32,000 nt of DNA from Acuticoccus sp. I52.16.1 (GTDB lineage: Bacteria; Pseudomonadota; Alphaproteobacteria; Rhizobiales; Amorphaceae). Each line of letters starts with the position of its first letter. Positions within the stretch are counted from its first letter, which is position 1. A program made the translations under genes and the position numbers. The notes beneath the pieces were generated by a model. That model was not told the origin of the DNA. It was given only the letters and a program-made list of their open reading frames with translations, and made no database searches. Location of the stretch: positions 2,379,219-2,411,218 of the forward strand of contig NZ_CP094828.1 of the NCBI RefSeq assembly GCF_022865125.1. Reading direction: 5' to 3'. Below are positions 18,401 to 25,404 of the stretch, in pieces.

Positions 18401-19450
18401 GGCGTCGAAGCTGTTGTGCAGGACCGCACGAACTACGATCTCCCACCGGGTGAACCCCGACCTGCGGCGCCGAGCCAGCTTCCCAAGTTCGGTGCGCCTG
18501 ACATCGTGTTCCTGGATCTTCCGCAACTCACCGATGACCACGTCGCGCACCATCCGCTCGTCGCGGCGTACGCGAAACCCTGGCCAGGCCAGATGGCCGT
18601 CTGGCGCAGTCCGGCCTCGGACGGGTTCGAACTCGTCACGATGTTCGGACGGCGTGCGCGCCTGGGCGTCCTTGTCGACGACCTCTATCCGGGTCCGACC
18701 TCGCGGTTCGACCTCGGCAACGCGCTCGTGGTCGATCTCCGCCTCGGCTCGCTCGAGGGCGTGACCAACGTCGCGCTGTTCGGCGGTGCCAACGCGCTCG
18801 CCGTCGAGGCGTCGCCTGGTGTCTGGGAGATCGTCCAGGCGGCGGACGCTGAGCTGATCGCACCCAGACGCTACCGGTTGACCCGGCTGTTGCGCGGCCA
18901 GCGTGGCACCGAGGCAGCGATGGGATCGCCTGCGCTGGCCGGGTCACGCGTCGTAGTGCTCGACGCCAATCTGGCCCCGCTGCCGCTCGGCGAGGCCGAC
19001 ATCGGCCTCCCTTGGAACTGGCGCGTCGGCCCGGCGAGCCGCCCGCCCAGCGACGACACCTACGTCGCCCGCTCGTTCGCGCCCTCCGGCGCTGGGCTAC
19101 GACCGTTCTCCGTTTGCCACGTCGAGCAGCCATGGCGGACGGCGCGGACGCCCGGCGACCTGACGATCCGATGGACGCCCCGATCGCGGGCGCTCGCCGC
19201 CGACAGCTGGAACGGCGTCGATGTTCCGCTCGCCGAGGAGACCGAACGATACGAGGTCGAGATCCTCGACGGCACCGAGATGAAGCGGACGCTGACGACT
19301 GGCTCGACCAGCATCCTTTACTCGGCTGCGCAGCAGACCGCCGACTGGGGTGCTCTGCTCGGTCCCGGCGACAGCCTCCACGTCCGCATTTTCCAGCTGT
19401 CGGCCGTGGTCGGCCGCGGCGCGCCCCAGTCCGTCACGCTGTTCCTCTGA
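15491..19450 (+). CDS. Giant baseplate/host-specificity protein, RcGTA g15-like (TIM-barrel-like glycoside hydrolase domain plus phage tail domains).
   Basis: 1319 aa. It has an N-terminal glycine-zipper segment (GAVGTAIGGAVGGTVLGLSGAAIGGIVGSTVGS). Its size and its position after the NlpC/P60 gene are typical of g15-type proteins. Confidence 0.88.
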   Translation: MATLVLGAVGTAIGGAVGGTVLGLSGAAIGGIVGSTVGSVIDSWLVSQLAPTQRIEGARLDSLRITSSTEGAVIPRLYGRMRIGGNIIWATDFREDTETSIQGGGKGGGPKVKTTEYLYYASFAVALCEGPITGIGRVWADGKLMDLADVTWRWYPGDETQEADPFIATTMGAEPTPAYRGTAYVVFEELALDRYGNRLPQLSFEVFRPIADPDTAEGCVEAVTLIPASGEFTYATEPIRKGGNGETVAENLNALTDTTDIVVALDRLQAMVPAVKSVSLVVAWFGNDLRAGECQVRPGVEVPAKETTPLAWSVNGISRPEAHLVSRDDQDRPVYGGTPADFAVVEAIREMKARGLRVTFYPFILMDVLRGNTLPNPYSDNASEVGQPAFPWRGRITCSPATGHVGSVDQTAAAGAQVAAMFGSAAVSDFAISGDTVSWTGSAGDWGLRRMVLHYAHLCAVAGGVDTFLIGSEMRGLTTIRDGAASFPSVDAYRQLASDVRSIVGAGTKVSYAADWSEYFGHQPPDGSGDVFFHLDRLWADGNIDFVGIDNYVPLSDWRDGFEHADANSAPAIYDRAYLQANIAGGEGFDWYYANAADRAAQIRTPITDGAGKPWVFRTKDLEAWWSNEHFDRPDGTEAASPTDWIPRSKPIRFTEFGCPAIDRGTNQPNVFFDPKSSESFLPYFSRGWRDDAIQRAYLEATVLYWLDPANNPSSPVYAGPMVDVPESAAWTWDARPYPFFPELADVWTDGANWRLGHWLTGRLGSVSLAALVRHLCLRAGMPEERIDVSGLWGSLEGYTITALESPRASIGMLARHFGFDANESEGVVRFLMRGRQASATVAPDDLVAPAEASDVFELTRGQETELPQALKWQVARADEDYDGALVEARRVTVESARIASEAFPMAVPPEEAERRCRRALMEAWTGREGIVLRLPPSRLALDPADVIALEHDGRRMDFRIASIADAEARGVEAVVQDRTNYDLPPGEPRPAAPSQLPKFGAPDIVFLDLPQLTDDHVAHHPLVAAYAKPWPGQMAVWRSPASDGFELVTMFGRRARLGVLVDDLYPGPTSRFDLGNALVVDLRLGSLEGVTNVALFGGANALAVEASPGVWEIVQAADAELIAPRRYRLTRLLRGQRGTEAAMGSPALAGSRVVVLDANLAPLPLGEADIGLPWNWRVGPASRPPSDDTYVARSFAPSGAGLRPFSVCHVEQPWRTARTPGDLTIRWTPRSRALAADSWNGVDVPLAEETERYEVEILDGTEMKRTLTTGSTSILYSAAQQTADWGALLGPGDSLHVRIFQLSAVVGRGAPQSVTLFL

Positions 19451-19456
19451 AGGCCC

Positions 19457-20533
19457 ATGTCCGATAGCTCGACCCACCTCCTGCTGCCCTACCTTCTGGC
19501 GTCGCAGGCGCAGAAACACGTCACCCACAATGAGGCGCTGCGGCTGCTCGACGGACTCGTGCAGCTCTCCGTTCTCGATCGGGATCTTGCCGATCCTCCC
19601 GGCAGCCCAAGTGATGGTGACCGTTACATCGTCGCGAGTGGCGGCGCCGGTGCATGGAGCGGGTGGGACGCCAACGTGGCGTACTACGTCGACGGAGCGT
19701 GGATGCGGCTCGTGCCGCGTGCGGGCTGGCGCGCGTGGGTCGAGGACGAGGGCGTGCTGCTGGTGTTCGACGGATCCGTCTGGATCTCCTCCGCGCCGAC
19801 TGAACTACAGGCGCTCACACGGCTCGGCCTTGGCACCACCGCGGACGCGACGAACCCCTTCTCGGCGAAGCTGAACGCGGCGCTCTGGGCGGCACTGACG
19901 GACGCCGAGGGTGGCGACGGGACCCTTCGGATCACGCTCAACAAGGAGAGCGCAGCCGACAGTCTCGCGCTGCTCCTGCAGTCCGGCTTCTCCGGCCGCG
20001 CCGAACTCGGTCTCGTCGGTTCCGACGACCTCACACTCAAGGTCAGCGCGGACGGCAGCAGCTGGCACGAGGCGCTTGCCGTCGACCGAACCTCGGGGAG
20101 CGTCAGCGAGCCGAACCGCCCGCGGTTCAAGGCGTACACGAACTACGACAACTACGTCCCGCTCACGACGTGGACGAAGATTGCGATCAACACCACCGAG
20201 GCGAACGACCAGAACGTCTTCGATGCAGGCACCAACGTGTTCACCGTACCCACGGACGGCACTTATCTCCTCGGCGCTTCGTTGCTCTACAAGGTCAATG
20301 GCAGCCTCTCGTCGCGGATGCGCGGGCGTCTCGTCCTTAACGGAGCGACCGAAATCCGCGGCTCGCTGGGCGAGATCTCGGGGACGCACGTCTCGAACGC
20401 GACCGCGATCTGGCTGCAGACGATGGCGCTGCTGTCCGCCGGCGATACCGCCGAGCTGCAGGCCTACTTCCGCGGCGCCGACGGCTACGTCGCCGCCGAC
20501 CACACCACCTTCTGGGGCACCAAGATCGGATGA
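19457..20533 (+). CDS. Tail fibre-like protein: DUF2793 N-terminal domain with a C-terminal C1q/TNF-like jelly-roll domain.
   Basis: The N-terminus LLLPYLLASQAQKHVTHNEALRLLD matches the DUF2793 signature. The last ~135 aa (FKAYTN..TWTKIAIN..NVFDAGTNVFTVPTDGTYLLGASLLY..LVLNG..LLSAGDTAELQAY..TTFWGTKI) follow the C1q globular-domain pattern. Confidence 0.78.
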   Translation: MSDSSTHLLLPYLLASQAQKHVTHNEALRLLDGLVQLSVLDRDLADPPGSPSDGDRYIVASGGAGAWSGWDANVAYYVDGAWMRLVPRAGWRAWVEDEGVLLVFDGSVWISSAPTELQALTRLGLGTTADATNPFSAKLNAALWAALTDAEGGDGTLRITLNKESAADSLALLLQSGFSGRAELGLVGSDDLTLKVSADGSSWHEALAVDRTSGSVSEPNRPRFKAYTNYDNYVPLTTWTKIAINTTEANDQNVFDAGTNVFTVPTDGTYLLGASLLYKVNGSLSSRMRGRLVLNGATEIRGSLGEISGTHVSNATAIWLQTMALLSAGDTAELQAYFRGADGYVAADHTTFWGTKIG

Positions 20534-20551
20534 GAGGGCAGGCTCACGACC

Positions 20552-20839
20552 ATGCCGACGACACGCACACCCGACCACGTCACGCTGCCGAAACCTGAGT
20601 TCGAGCAGCTTCTCGAAACCGCCGCGGAGAAGGGCGCACGAAAAGCGCTCGCTGATGTTGGTCTCGAAGGCGAGACAGCCGCGGCGGACGTTCGAGATCT
20701 CCGCTCGCTCCTCGACGCGATCAAGGTCGTCCGCAGCACCGCCCTTCAGACTGCGGTGCATTTGATCGTCACCGCGATCCTTCTCCTCATGGTCCTCGGC
20801 GCTGCCATCAAGCTGAAGCTGTTCGGCGACGGATCATGA
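20552..20839 (+). CDS. Small protein with a single C-terminal transmembrane helix; holin candidate.
   Basis: 95 aa with a soluble helical N-terminal part and then LQTAVHLIVTAILLLMVLGAAIKLKLF. It is the last plus-strand late gene before the inverted module. The function is inferred from topology and position only. Confidence 0.5.
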   Translation: MPTTRTPDHVTLPKPEFEQLLETAAEKGARKALADVGLEGETAAADVRDLRSLLDAIKVVRSTALQTAVHLIVTAILLLMVLGAAIKLKLFGDGS

Positions 20840-20848
20840 GAAGGCGCC

Positions 20849-21751
20849 CTATGCGTCGTCGTCTGCGGCGTTCGCGATGGAGGCGTCCTTCGCGATGCGG
20901 CGGAACTCGGCGAGGATTTCGGGATGGTGACGCTCGAGATGGCGCTGAACCGCGCCGTTGCGCAGGAGAGCGGCGATGTACCCGCGGGCGATCACGAGGT
21001 TGAGGTGGTCGGGGCCGTAGGAGGCTTCCACCGATCGGATCTCCCGCTGCAGGCGCTCGAGCTCTGCCTCCATGCGTGCGGTCTGCTCCGGGCTGAGGGC
21101 CTTGGTCACGGGCTTCGACGCGTCGATGAGCTGGGCCTTCGGCGTCGCCGCCAGCAGCGCCTTCGCGTAGGCCGACGAAAAGGTGTTCATCGCCACCATA
21201 AGTTCGGCGACCTCGATCTGGCGCAGCGGCTTCATCTTCTTCAGGATCCGGAACGTCGCGAGCGGGCATTGCCGGTCCTTCAGAAGATCGGTGACCTCCG
21301 GCGCGATGCCGTCGAGAAGCTTGCGCCGCTCGCGGATGCGGCTGATGTCGACGTCGAGTGCCCGGGCGATGCGTTCCTCAGGCACGCCGCGCTCGATGGC
21401 CTTCAGGATCATCCGGTGCTCCTGCACGGTGGCGAGCCGGCTGATCCTCTTGTTGTAGGTAAAGGCTTCGTCGTCGGTCGCGATCAGGCAAGGGGCTTCG
21501 GGCAATCCGCTCGCGAGAAGGGCTTCCCGCCGCACGTGTCCGTCGAGGAGCAGGAACCCATTCGCACCCTGCCGGGAGACGACCAACGGCTCGATAAGCC
21601 CAATCTCGCGGATGGAGACGGCGATCTGGCGGAACTTGCGGCTGGCGCGGGTGGTCGGCGAGATCTGCTTCGTCGGGAGGATCCGGGCGAGCTCAATCGA
21701 CTGGACCTCGCCTTCGAAGGCGGTCCTGACACCGGGCGTCTGCGCGCTCAC
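20849..21751 (-). CDS. ParB/RepB-like protein 2 (ParB N-terminal domain, HTH, RepB-like C-terminal region).
   Basis: 300 aa: ..IAVSIREIGLIEPLVVSRQ..FLLLDGHVRREALLASG.. is ParB box-like, and RIARALDVDISRIRERRKLL is HTH-like. The GTG start at 21751 overlaps the upstream stop (GTGA). Confidence 0.8.
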   Translation of the reverse strand: MSAQTPGVRTAFEGEVQSIELARILPTKQISPTTRASRKFRQIAVSIREIGLIEPLVVSRQGANGFLLLDGHVRREALLASGLPEAPCLIATDDEAFTYNKRISRLATVQEHRMILKAIERGVPEERIARALDVDISRIRERRKLLDGIAPEVTDLLKDRQCPLATFRILKKMKPLRQIEVAELMVAMNTFSSAYAKALLAATPKAQLIDASKPVTKALSPEQTARMEAELERLQREIRSVEASYGPDHLNLVIARGYIAALLRNGAVQRHLERHHPEILAEFRRIAKDASIANAADDDA

Positions 21752-22650
21752 GTCTCTTCGCCGGAGACGAGTGCCGCCAGGGGGCGCGGCAGTGTGTCGA
21801 GCGACTCGGCCCTCAGCAGCGTGACGAAGTGAGCGTCCACATAAAGCGTCCTCAGCGCCGTCACGAGGAACAGGAGGCGGTTGCGGGTGACCTCGGCGCG
21901 CTTGACGATGAGGCGCTGCCGGTCGGCCTCCGCCTCGTAGGCGCGCACGAGGGCGTCGGGCGTCACCCGTCGGCGTGTCGGCTCGGGGTCGAAGTTGCGG
22001 TAGGCTTTGCCGTGGCGCTGCCGGCGTTCGAGGAGGCGCTTTGCCGCGAGCAGCTTGCGGCCGCGCAGCGTGCCCGTCTCGTAGGCCTGTGCGAGCGCGG
22101 CCTGCGCCCCCTCGTGATTGACGCCGGCGATGGTGACGGCGACGTTGAGCGGGATCTGCCCGGTCTCGACCGCGACGATCAGCCGGTCCTCGCCGGCCGT
22201 CAGCAAAGTGCCGATCATCTGGACGTACGTGGGCGAGAGTCCGGTCTTCGAGGCGATCTCGCCGTCGGCGTAGCCGCGCTCGCGCAGGGCGCCGATCTCG
22301 CGCAGCAGTTCCAGCGGGCGGTGCTGGCGCCGCGCGATGTTCTCGACCACCGAGCGAAGCATCCGATCCTCCTCGCCGACATCTTCGATGAGAGCGGGGA
22401 TGTCGCGCTCGCCGAGCGCCAGAAAGGCCTCAATCCGGCCCTGGCCGCAGACGAGTTCATAGGCCTTGCCGTCCGAGCGACCCGCGGCTCGGGTGACGGT
22501 GACTGGACGCTTGAGGCCGACTTTCGCGATGGAGTCGACGAGTTGCTCGAAGCTCGCCTTCGAGCGCTCGCGCGGGTTTTCGACGGCGATGGCGGCAATG
22601 GGAATACGCTCGATCCGGACCGTCTCGCCCTCGCCGTCGGTCGTCACCAC
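21748..22650 (-). CDS. ParB/RepB-like protein 1 (ParB N-terminal domain plus HTH).
   Basis: 300 aa starting at GTG 22650 (or 22647) inside GTGGTGA, which also holds the recombinase stop; GAGG lies 7 nt upstream. Motifs are LVDSIAKVGLKRPVTV, YELVCGQGRIEAFLALG and EIASKTGLSPTYVQ. The tracked ORF 21748..23499 is over-extended into the recombinase gene. Confidence 0.8.
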   Translation of the reverse strand: MVTTDGEGETVRIERIPIAAIAVENPRERSKASFEQLVDSIAKVGLKRPVTVTRAAGRSDGKAYELVCGQGRIEAFLALGERDIPALIEDVGEEDRMLRSVVENIARRQHRPLELLREIGALRERGYADGEIASKTGLSPTYVQMIGTLLTAGEDRLIVAVETGQIPLNVAVTIAGVNHEGAQAALAQAYETGTLRGRKLLAAKRLLERRQRHGKAYRNFDPEPTRRRVTPDALVRAYEAEADRQRLIVKRAEVTRNRLLFLVTALRTLYVDAHFVTLLRAESLDTLPRPLAALVSGEET

Positions 22651-24221
22651 GGTGCGACCTCGGCGAGCTTGGCCCGCTCCGCCATGGCGAAGAACGTGTC
22701 GAGCGTGTCGAACCGATAGGCGTCGAGCGCAAGGCCGTTGTGTTCGGCGAGCTTGAGGGACGTGTGGTTCAGCTCGGGAAGCGGGAGGAGATAGTAGTCG
22801 AGGGCGGCGTCGTTGCCGGCGGTCATGCGAACGGCGACGGTGATGTCGGGGGCGAGACCGGTGTCGAAGCGCAACTTCCAGCGGCGGCGTCCGGCGTTCG
22901 TGGTGGTACACCGCGCCACCACCACCGACGCCTTGAACTCGCCGTTGATGGTGAGGAGATCTGTCGCCGGGTCGCGGGCGACGTGTCCGCCGAGGGCTTC
23001 GATGCCGGCGATGGTTCCCGCCACCGCGTCGTGATGGAAGACGCGGAGCGCGCGGTTGATCTCCACGTAGCGGAAGTCGCGGTCCGGCGTGAAGCCGACG
23101 AGACCGTAGGCCCGCAAAAGGCTCCCGAAGCGATGGCGGTAGGCCCCGGCCGAGGGCATCCCTTCGCTCTCGTCGATGACGACGCCGGAGAGATAGCCGT
23201 GACGCGCAAAGAGCTGGCGCAGGCGGTCGATCATTTCGGCGTCCGAGAAGCGGCGGTTGCGCTCGGCGATGATCCCCTGCGCCGTGAAGAAGGTTCTGGC
23301 ATCGACGACGGGATCGAAGGCACCATCGGCGCGGATCCACATGTCGGACGCGTTTACCACCCGCGTCTTCTTCAGTTTGAAGGAGACGCGGTTGTAGACG
23401 TTGTTGCCGATGTACTTCTCGTTCGTGAGGATGCCGTGGACGACACCGCGCGTGAAGGGGCGGCCGAGGTCGGTGAGAAGGCCCTTCGTGTTGAGCCAAG
23501 CCGCGATCCGGCTCTCGCTCTCGCCGTCCTCCACGAAACGGCGATAGATCTCGCGGACGGTGGCGACCTCGTCGTCAGGGCCTGGAGCAAGGACCACTCG
23601 GTCCGTCTGAAGGCTCTTGTGCTCGCCGAGGCTGAGCGTTCCCTTGAGGGTGCCATCCTCCGCGAGAAGCAGCCGGCGCAGGCCATAGCCGGCCGTGCCA
23701 CCTTGACGAAAACCCTTCTCGATCAGCCGGCACTGTCCGGCGAACACCTTCGCCGAGAGTTCGCGGCTGTACTCGCCCGCCATGGCGCGCTTCACGCCCT
23801 TGACGATGGTGGCGACGGGGCTCCCGTCGTTCGCGAACTGCTCGGCGCAGTATTGGACTTCGATGTTTGCCCGGCGGCAGATGTATTCGTAGTAGGCCGA
23901 CTCGTCCGCGTCCTGGAACCGGCCCCAACGGCTGACATCGTAGACGAGGATGACCTCGAAGTCGGCGGTCCCGGCCTCGACGTCTCGGATCAGACGGCCA
24001 AGGCCATCGCGACCCTCGATCCTGAGACCGCTCTTCCCGGCGTCCTCGTAGGTGCGGACGATCCTCATGCCATGCGTCTCGGCGTAGGCGCCTATGGCCT
24101 CGGCCTGGTTCTCTGTGGAGTATCGCTGGTGTTCGGTCGACATGCGGACATACTGGGCGGCCCGCCGCTGCGGGCTGGCTGAAGCAACAGTCTCGTCTCC
24201 GAAGGCATCCGCCGTCGACAC
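22644..24221 (-). CDS. Large serine recombinase (resolvase-type catalytic domain plus recombinase domain, with a non-canonical C-terminal region).
   Basis: Catalytic region AAQYVRMSTEHQ..NQ.., VYDVSRWGR and GEYSRELS. The ORF is open to a TTG at 24308. The GTG at 24221 has AAGGAG 9 nt upstream and is my preferred start. Confidence 0.88.
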   Translation of the reverse strand: MSTADAFGDETVASASPQRRAAQYVRMSTEHQRYSTENQAEAIGAYAETHGMRIVRTYEDAGKSGLRIEGRDGLGRLIRDVEAGTADFEVILVYDVSRWGRFQDADESAYYEYICRRANIEVQYCAEQFANDGSPVATIVKGVKRAMAGEYSRELSAKVFAGQCRLIEKGFRQGGTAGYGLRRLLLAEDGTLKGTLSLGEHKSLQTDRVVLAPGPDDEVATVREIYRRFVEDGESESRIAAWLNTKGLLTDLGRPFTRGVVHGILTNEKYIGNNVYNRVSFKLKKTRVVNASDMWIRADGAFDPVVDARTFFTAQGIIAERNRRFSDAEMIDRLRQLFARHGYLSGVVIDESEGMPSAGAYRHRFGSLLRAYGLVGFTPDRDFRYVEINRALRVFHHDAVAGTIAGIEALGGHVARDPATDLLTINGEFKASVVVARCTTTNAGRRRWKLRFDTGLAPDITVAVRMTAGNDAALDYYLLPLPELNHTSLKLAEHNGLALDAYRFDTLDTFFAMAERAKLAEVAPW

Positions 24222-24434
24222 GCAATCGTTCTCCTTGTTTCGCTTGGCGGCGCTTGCGGCAGTCCGCTGTTCGGACGTGACGTTGGAGAGGCGCTCGCCG
24301 GAAGTCAACTCGAATACATTGTGATTACATCGTTCGCGCGAGGTTATCGGCGATAATGGCTTACGCTTCCTCAGATAATATTATTGCGTAGATGCCATTC
24401 GCTTCGGCCATCCGCAGAAAACCACCGTTCAACC

Positions 24435-24465
24435 GAGCCCGCCTTGTGCGGGCTCTTTTCGTTTT
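24435..24465 (+). terminator. Intrinsic terminator-like hairpin directly upstream of the endolysin ribosome-binding site.
   Basis: GAGCCCGC (24435-24442), loop CTTGT, GCGGGCTC (24448-24455), then TTTTCGTTTT. The GGAGG at 24466-24470 and the ATG at 24476 follow at once. Confidence 0.6.
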
Positions 24466-24475
24466 GGAGGTTCCC

Positions 24476-25162
24476 ATGACGCCCAAGTGGTATCAGCTCG
24501 CCACCGCGGAGCTGGGCCAACAGGAGATTCGTGGCGCGAAGCACAACCCGCGGATCGTCAGCTACCAGCAGGCGACGGGACTGCGCGCGACCGACGACGA
24601 GACCGCCTGGTGCGGGTCGTTCGTCGCGTGGTGTCTCCGCGAAGCCGGTGTTCGCTACGACGTTGCCCGTGCCGCCGCGGCGCGCTCCTGGTTGAGCTGG
24701 GGGCGCAAGCTGGACAAGCCGACCATCGGGTGCGTCGTCGTCTTCTGGCGCGGCAAACGCGACGGCTGGCAGGGCCATGTCGGCTTCTACGCCGGGCGCG
24801 CGAAGAACGGCGACATTCTCGTCCTCGGCGGCAACCAGGGCGACGCGGTCAGCATCCGTCCATACTCGGCGAGCCAGCTTCTCGGCTACCGCTGGCCGAG
24901 CGACGTCGCACTGCCGCCCGACATCGAGCCGCTGGCAAAGTCCGGGGTCGTGCAGGGCACGAGCATCGCCGTCGCCAGCGGCGGGGCGATCGTCGCCGAG
25001 AACCTTCCCGCGCTGGTCACCGAACTCGAGCGGGCGGATCGCCACATCCAGGCGGTGACCATCTTCGGCATCGCCATCGGTGCGCTGATCGTCGCCGGTG
25101 GCGGGTATGCCCTGTGGCGGAGGGTGAAGGCGGCTCGGCAGCTCGGCGAGGAGGTCACGTGA
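24476..25162 (+). CDS. Peptidoglycan hydrolase (endolysin candidate), CHAP/NlpC-P60-like 'TIGR02594-type' domain with a C-terminal transmembrane helix.
   Basis: MTPKWYQLATAELGQQEIRGAKHNPRIV.Y.., a Cys context (ETAWCGSFVAWCL) and a His context (WQGHVGFY). The C-terminal helix is VTIFGIAIGALIVAGGGYALW. GGAGG lies 6 nt upstream of the ATG at 24476. Confidence 0.78.
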   Translation: MTPKWYQLATAELGQQEIRGAKHNPRIVSYQQATGLRATDDETAWCGSFVAWCLREAGVRYDVARAAAARSWLSWGRKLDKPTIGCVVVFWRGKRDGWQGHVGFYAGRAKNGDILVLGGNQGDAVSIRPYSASQLLGYRWPSDVALPPDIEPLAKSGVVQGTSIAVASGGAIVAENLPALVTELERADRHIQAVTIFGIAIGALIVAGGGYALWRRVKAARQLGEEVT

Positions 25163-25404
25163 TGGGATGGCTTCTCGCAATGCCGTGGTTGCGGCGGCTC
25201 GGGATGTACGCCGCCGCTGCCGGCGCATTCCTCGCGGCGCTTGCCGCGCTCCGTCGCTCCGGCGAGCGCAGCGGACGTCTCAAGGAAGAACTCGAACAGG
25301 AACGGGAGGTGTCCGATGCGCGTAAGCGGATGCTCGATGCGTCGCGCGATCGTCCTCGCAGGCGTGATCATCTCGCTCGGCGCATGCGTGACGGCGAATT
25401 CTAA
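25162..25404 (+). CDS. i-spanin-like protein (N-terminal TM helix plus charged coiled region).
   Basis: 80 aa, MGWLLAMPWLRRLGMYAAAAGAFLAALAAL then RSGERSGRLKEELEQEREVSDARKRMLDAS.. The ATG overlaps the endolysin stop (TGATG). It is the internal part of tracked ORF 24487..25404. Confidence 0.5.
   Translation: MGWLLAMPWLRRLGMYAAAAGAFLAALAALRRSGERSGRLKEELEQEREVSDARKRMLDASRDRPRRRDHLARRMRDGEF

Noticed and set aside
15395-18553. Very long antisense ORFs inside the g15-like gene (15395..16861 minus, 488 aa; 16976..18553 minus, 525 aa).
   Set aside because: Their translations are Arg/Ala/Pro/Gly-rich and low-complexity with no recognisable motifs. They lie opposite a strongly supported gene. This is the usual stop-codon-poor artefact of high-GC DNA.
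19457-20533. Diversity-generating retroelement acting on the fibre tip.
   Set aside because: There is no reverse transcriptase gene and no template/variable repeat pair anywhere in the window.
21748-23499. 583-aa tracked ORF that would fuse the ParB-like gene with about 280 upstream codons.
   Set aside because: The upstream part overlaps the recombinase gene in another frame and translates to Arg/Pro/His-rich noise. A GTG with a GAGG upstream at 22650, overlapping the recombinase stop, gives a sensible 300-aa ParB-like protein.
22740-24182. 480-aa plus-strand ORF opposite the recombinase gene. Similar shadow ORFs are 242..964(-), 1594..2277(-), 25760..27061(-), 27547..28575(-), 28956..30206(+) and 30166..31158(+).
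   Set aside because: The reason is the same: each is the mirror or shifted frame of a gene with clear family motifs, and the translations look like GC-driven noise.
19457-24308. Tail-fibre switching by DNA inversion (Gin/Cin/Hin-like), given a serine recombinase next to the fibre gene.
   Set aside because: The recombinase is a large type of roughly 525-554 aa, not a roughly 190-aa invertase. No alternative fibre C-terminal cassette in opposite orientation and no flanking inverted crossover repeats were seen.
24392-24475. Longer endolysin start at ATG 24392.
   Set aside because: It would translate through the terminator hairpin. The extension (MPFASAIRRKPPFNRARLVRALFVLEVP) has no signal-peptide character, and the ATG at 24476 has a well-spaced GGAGG.
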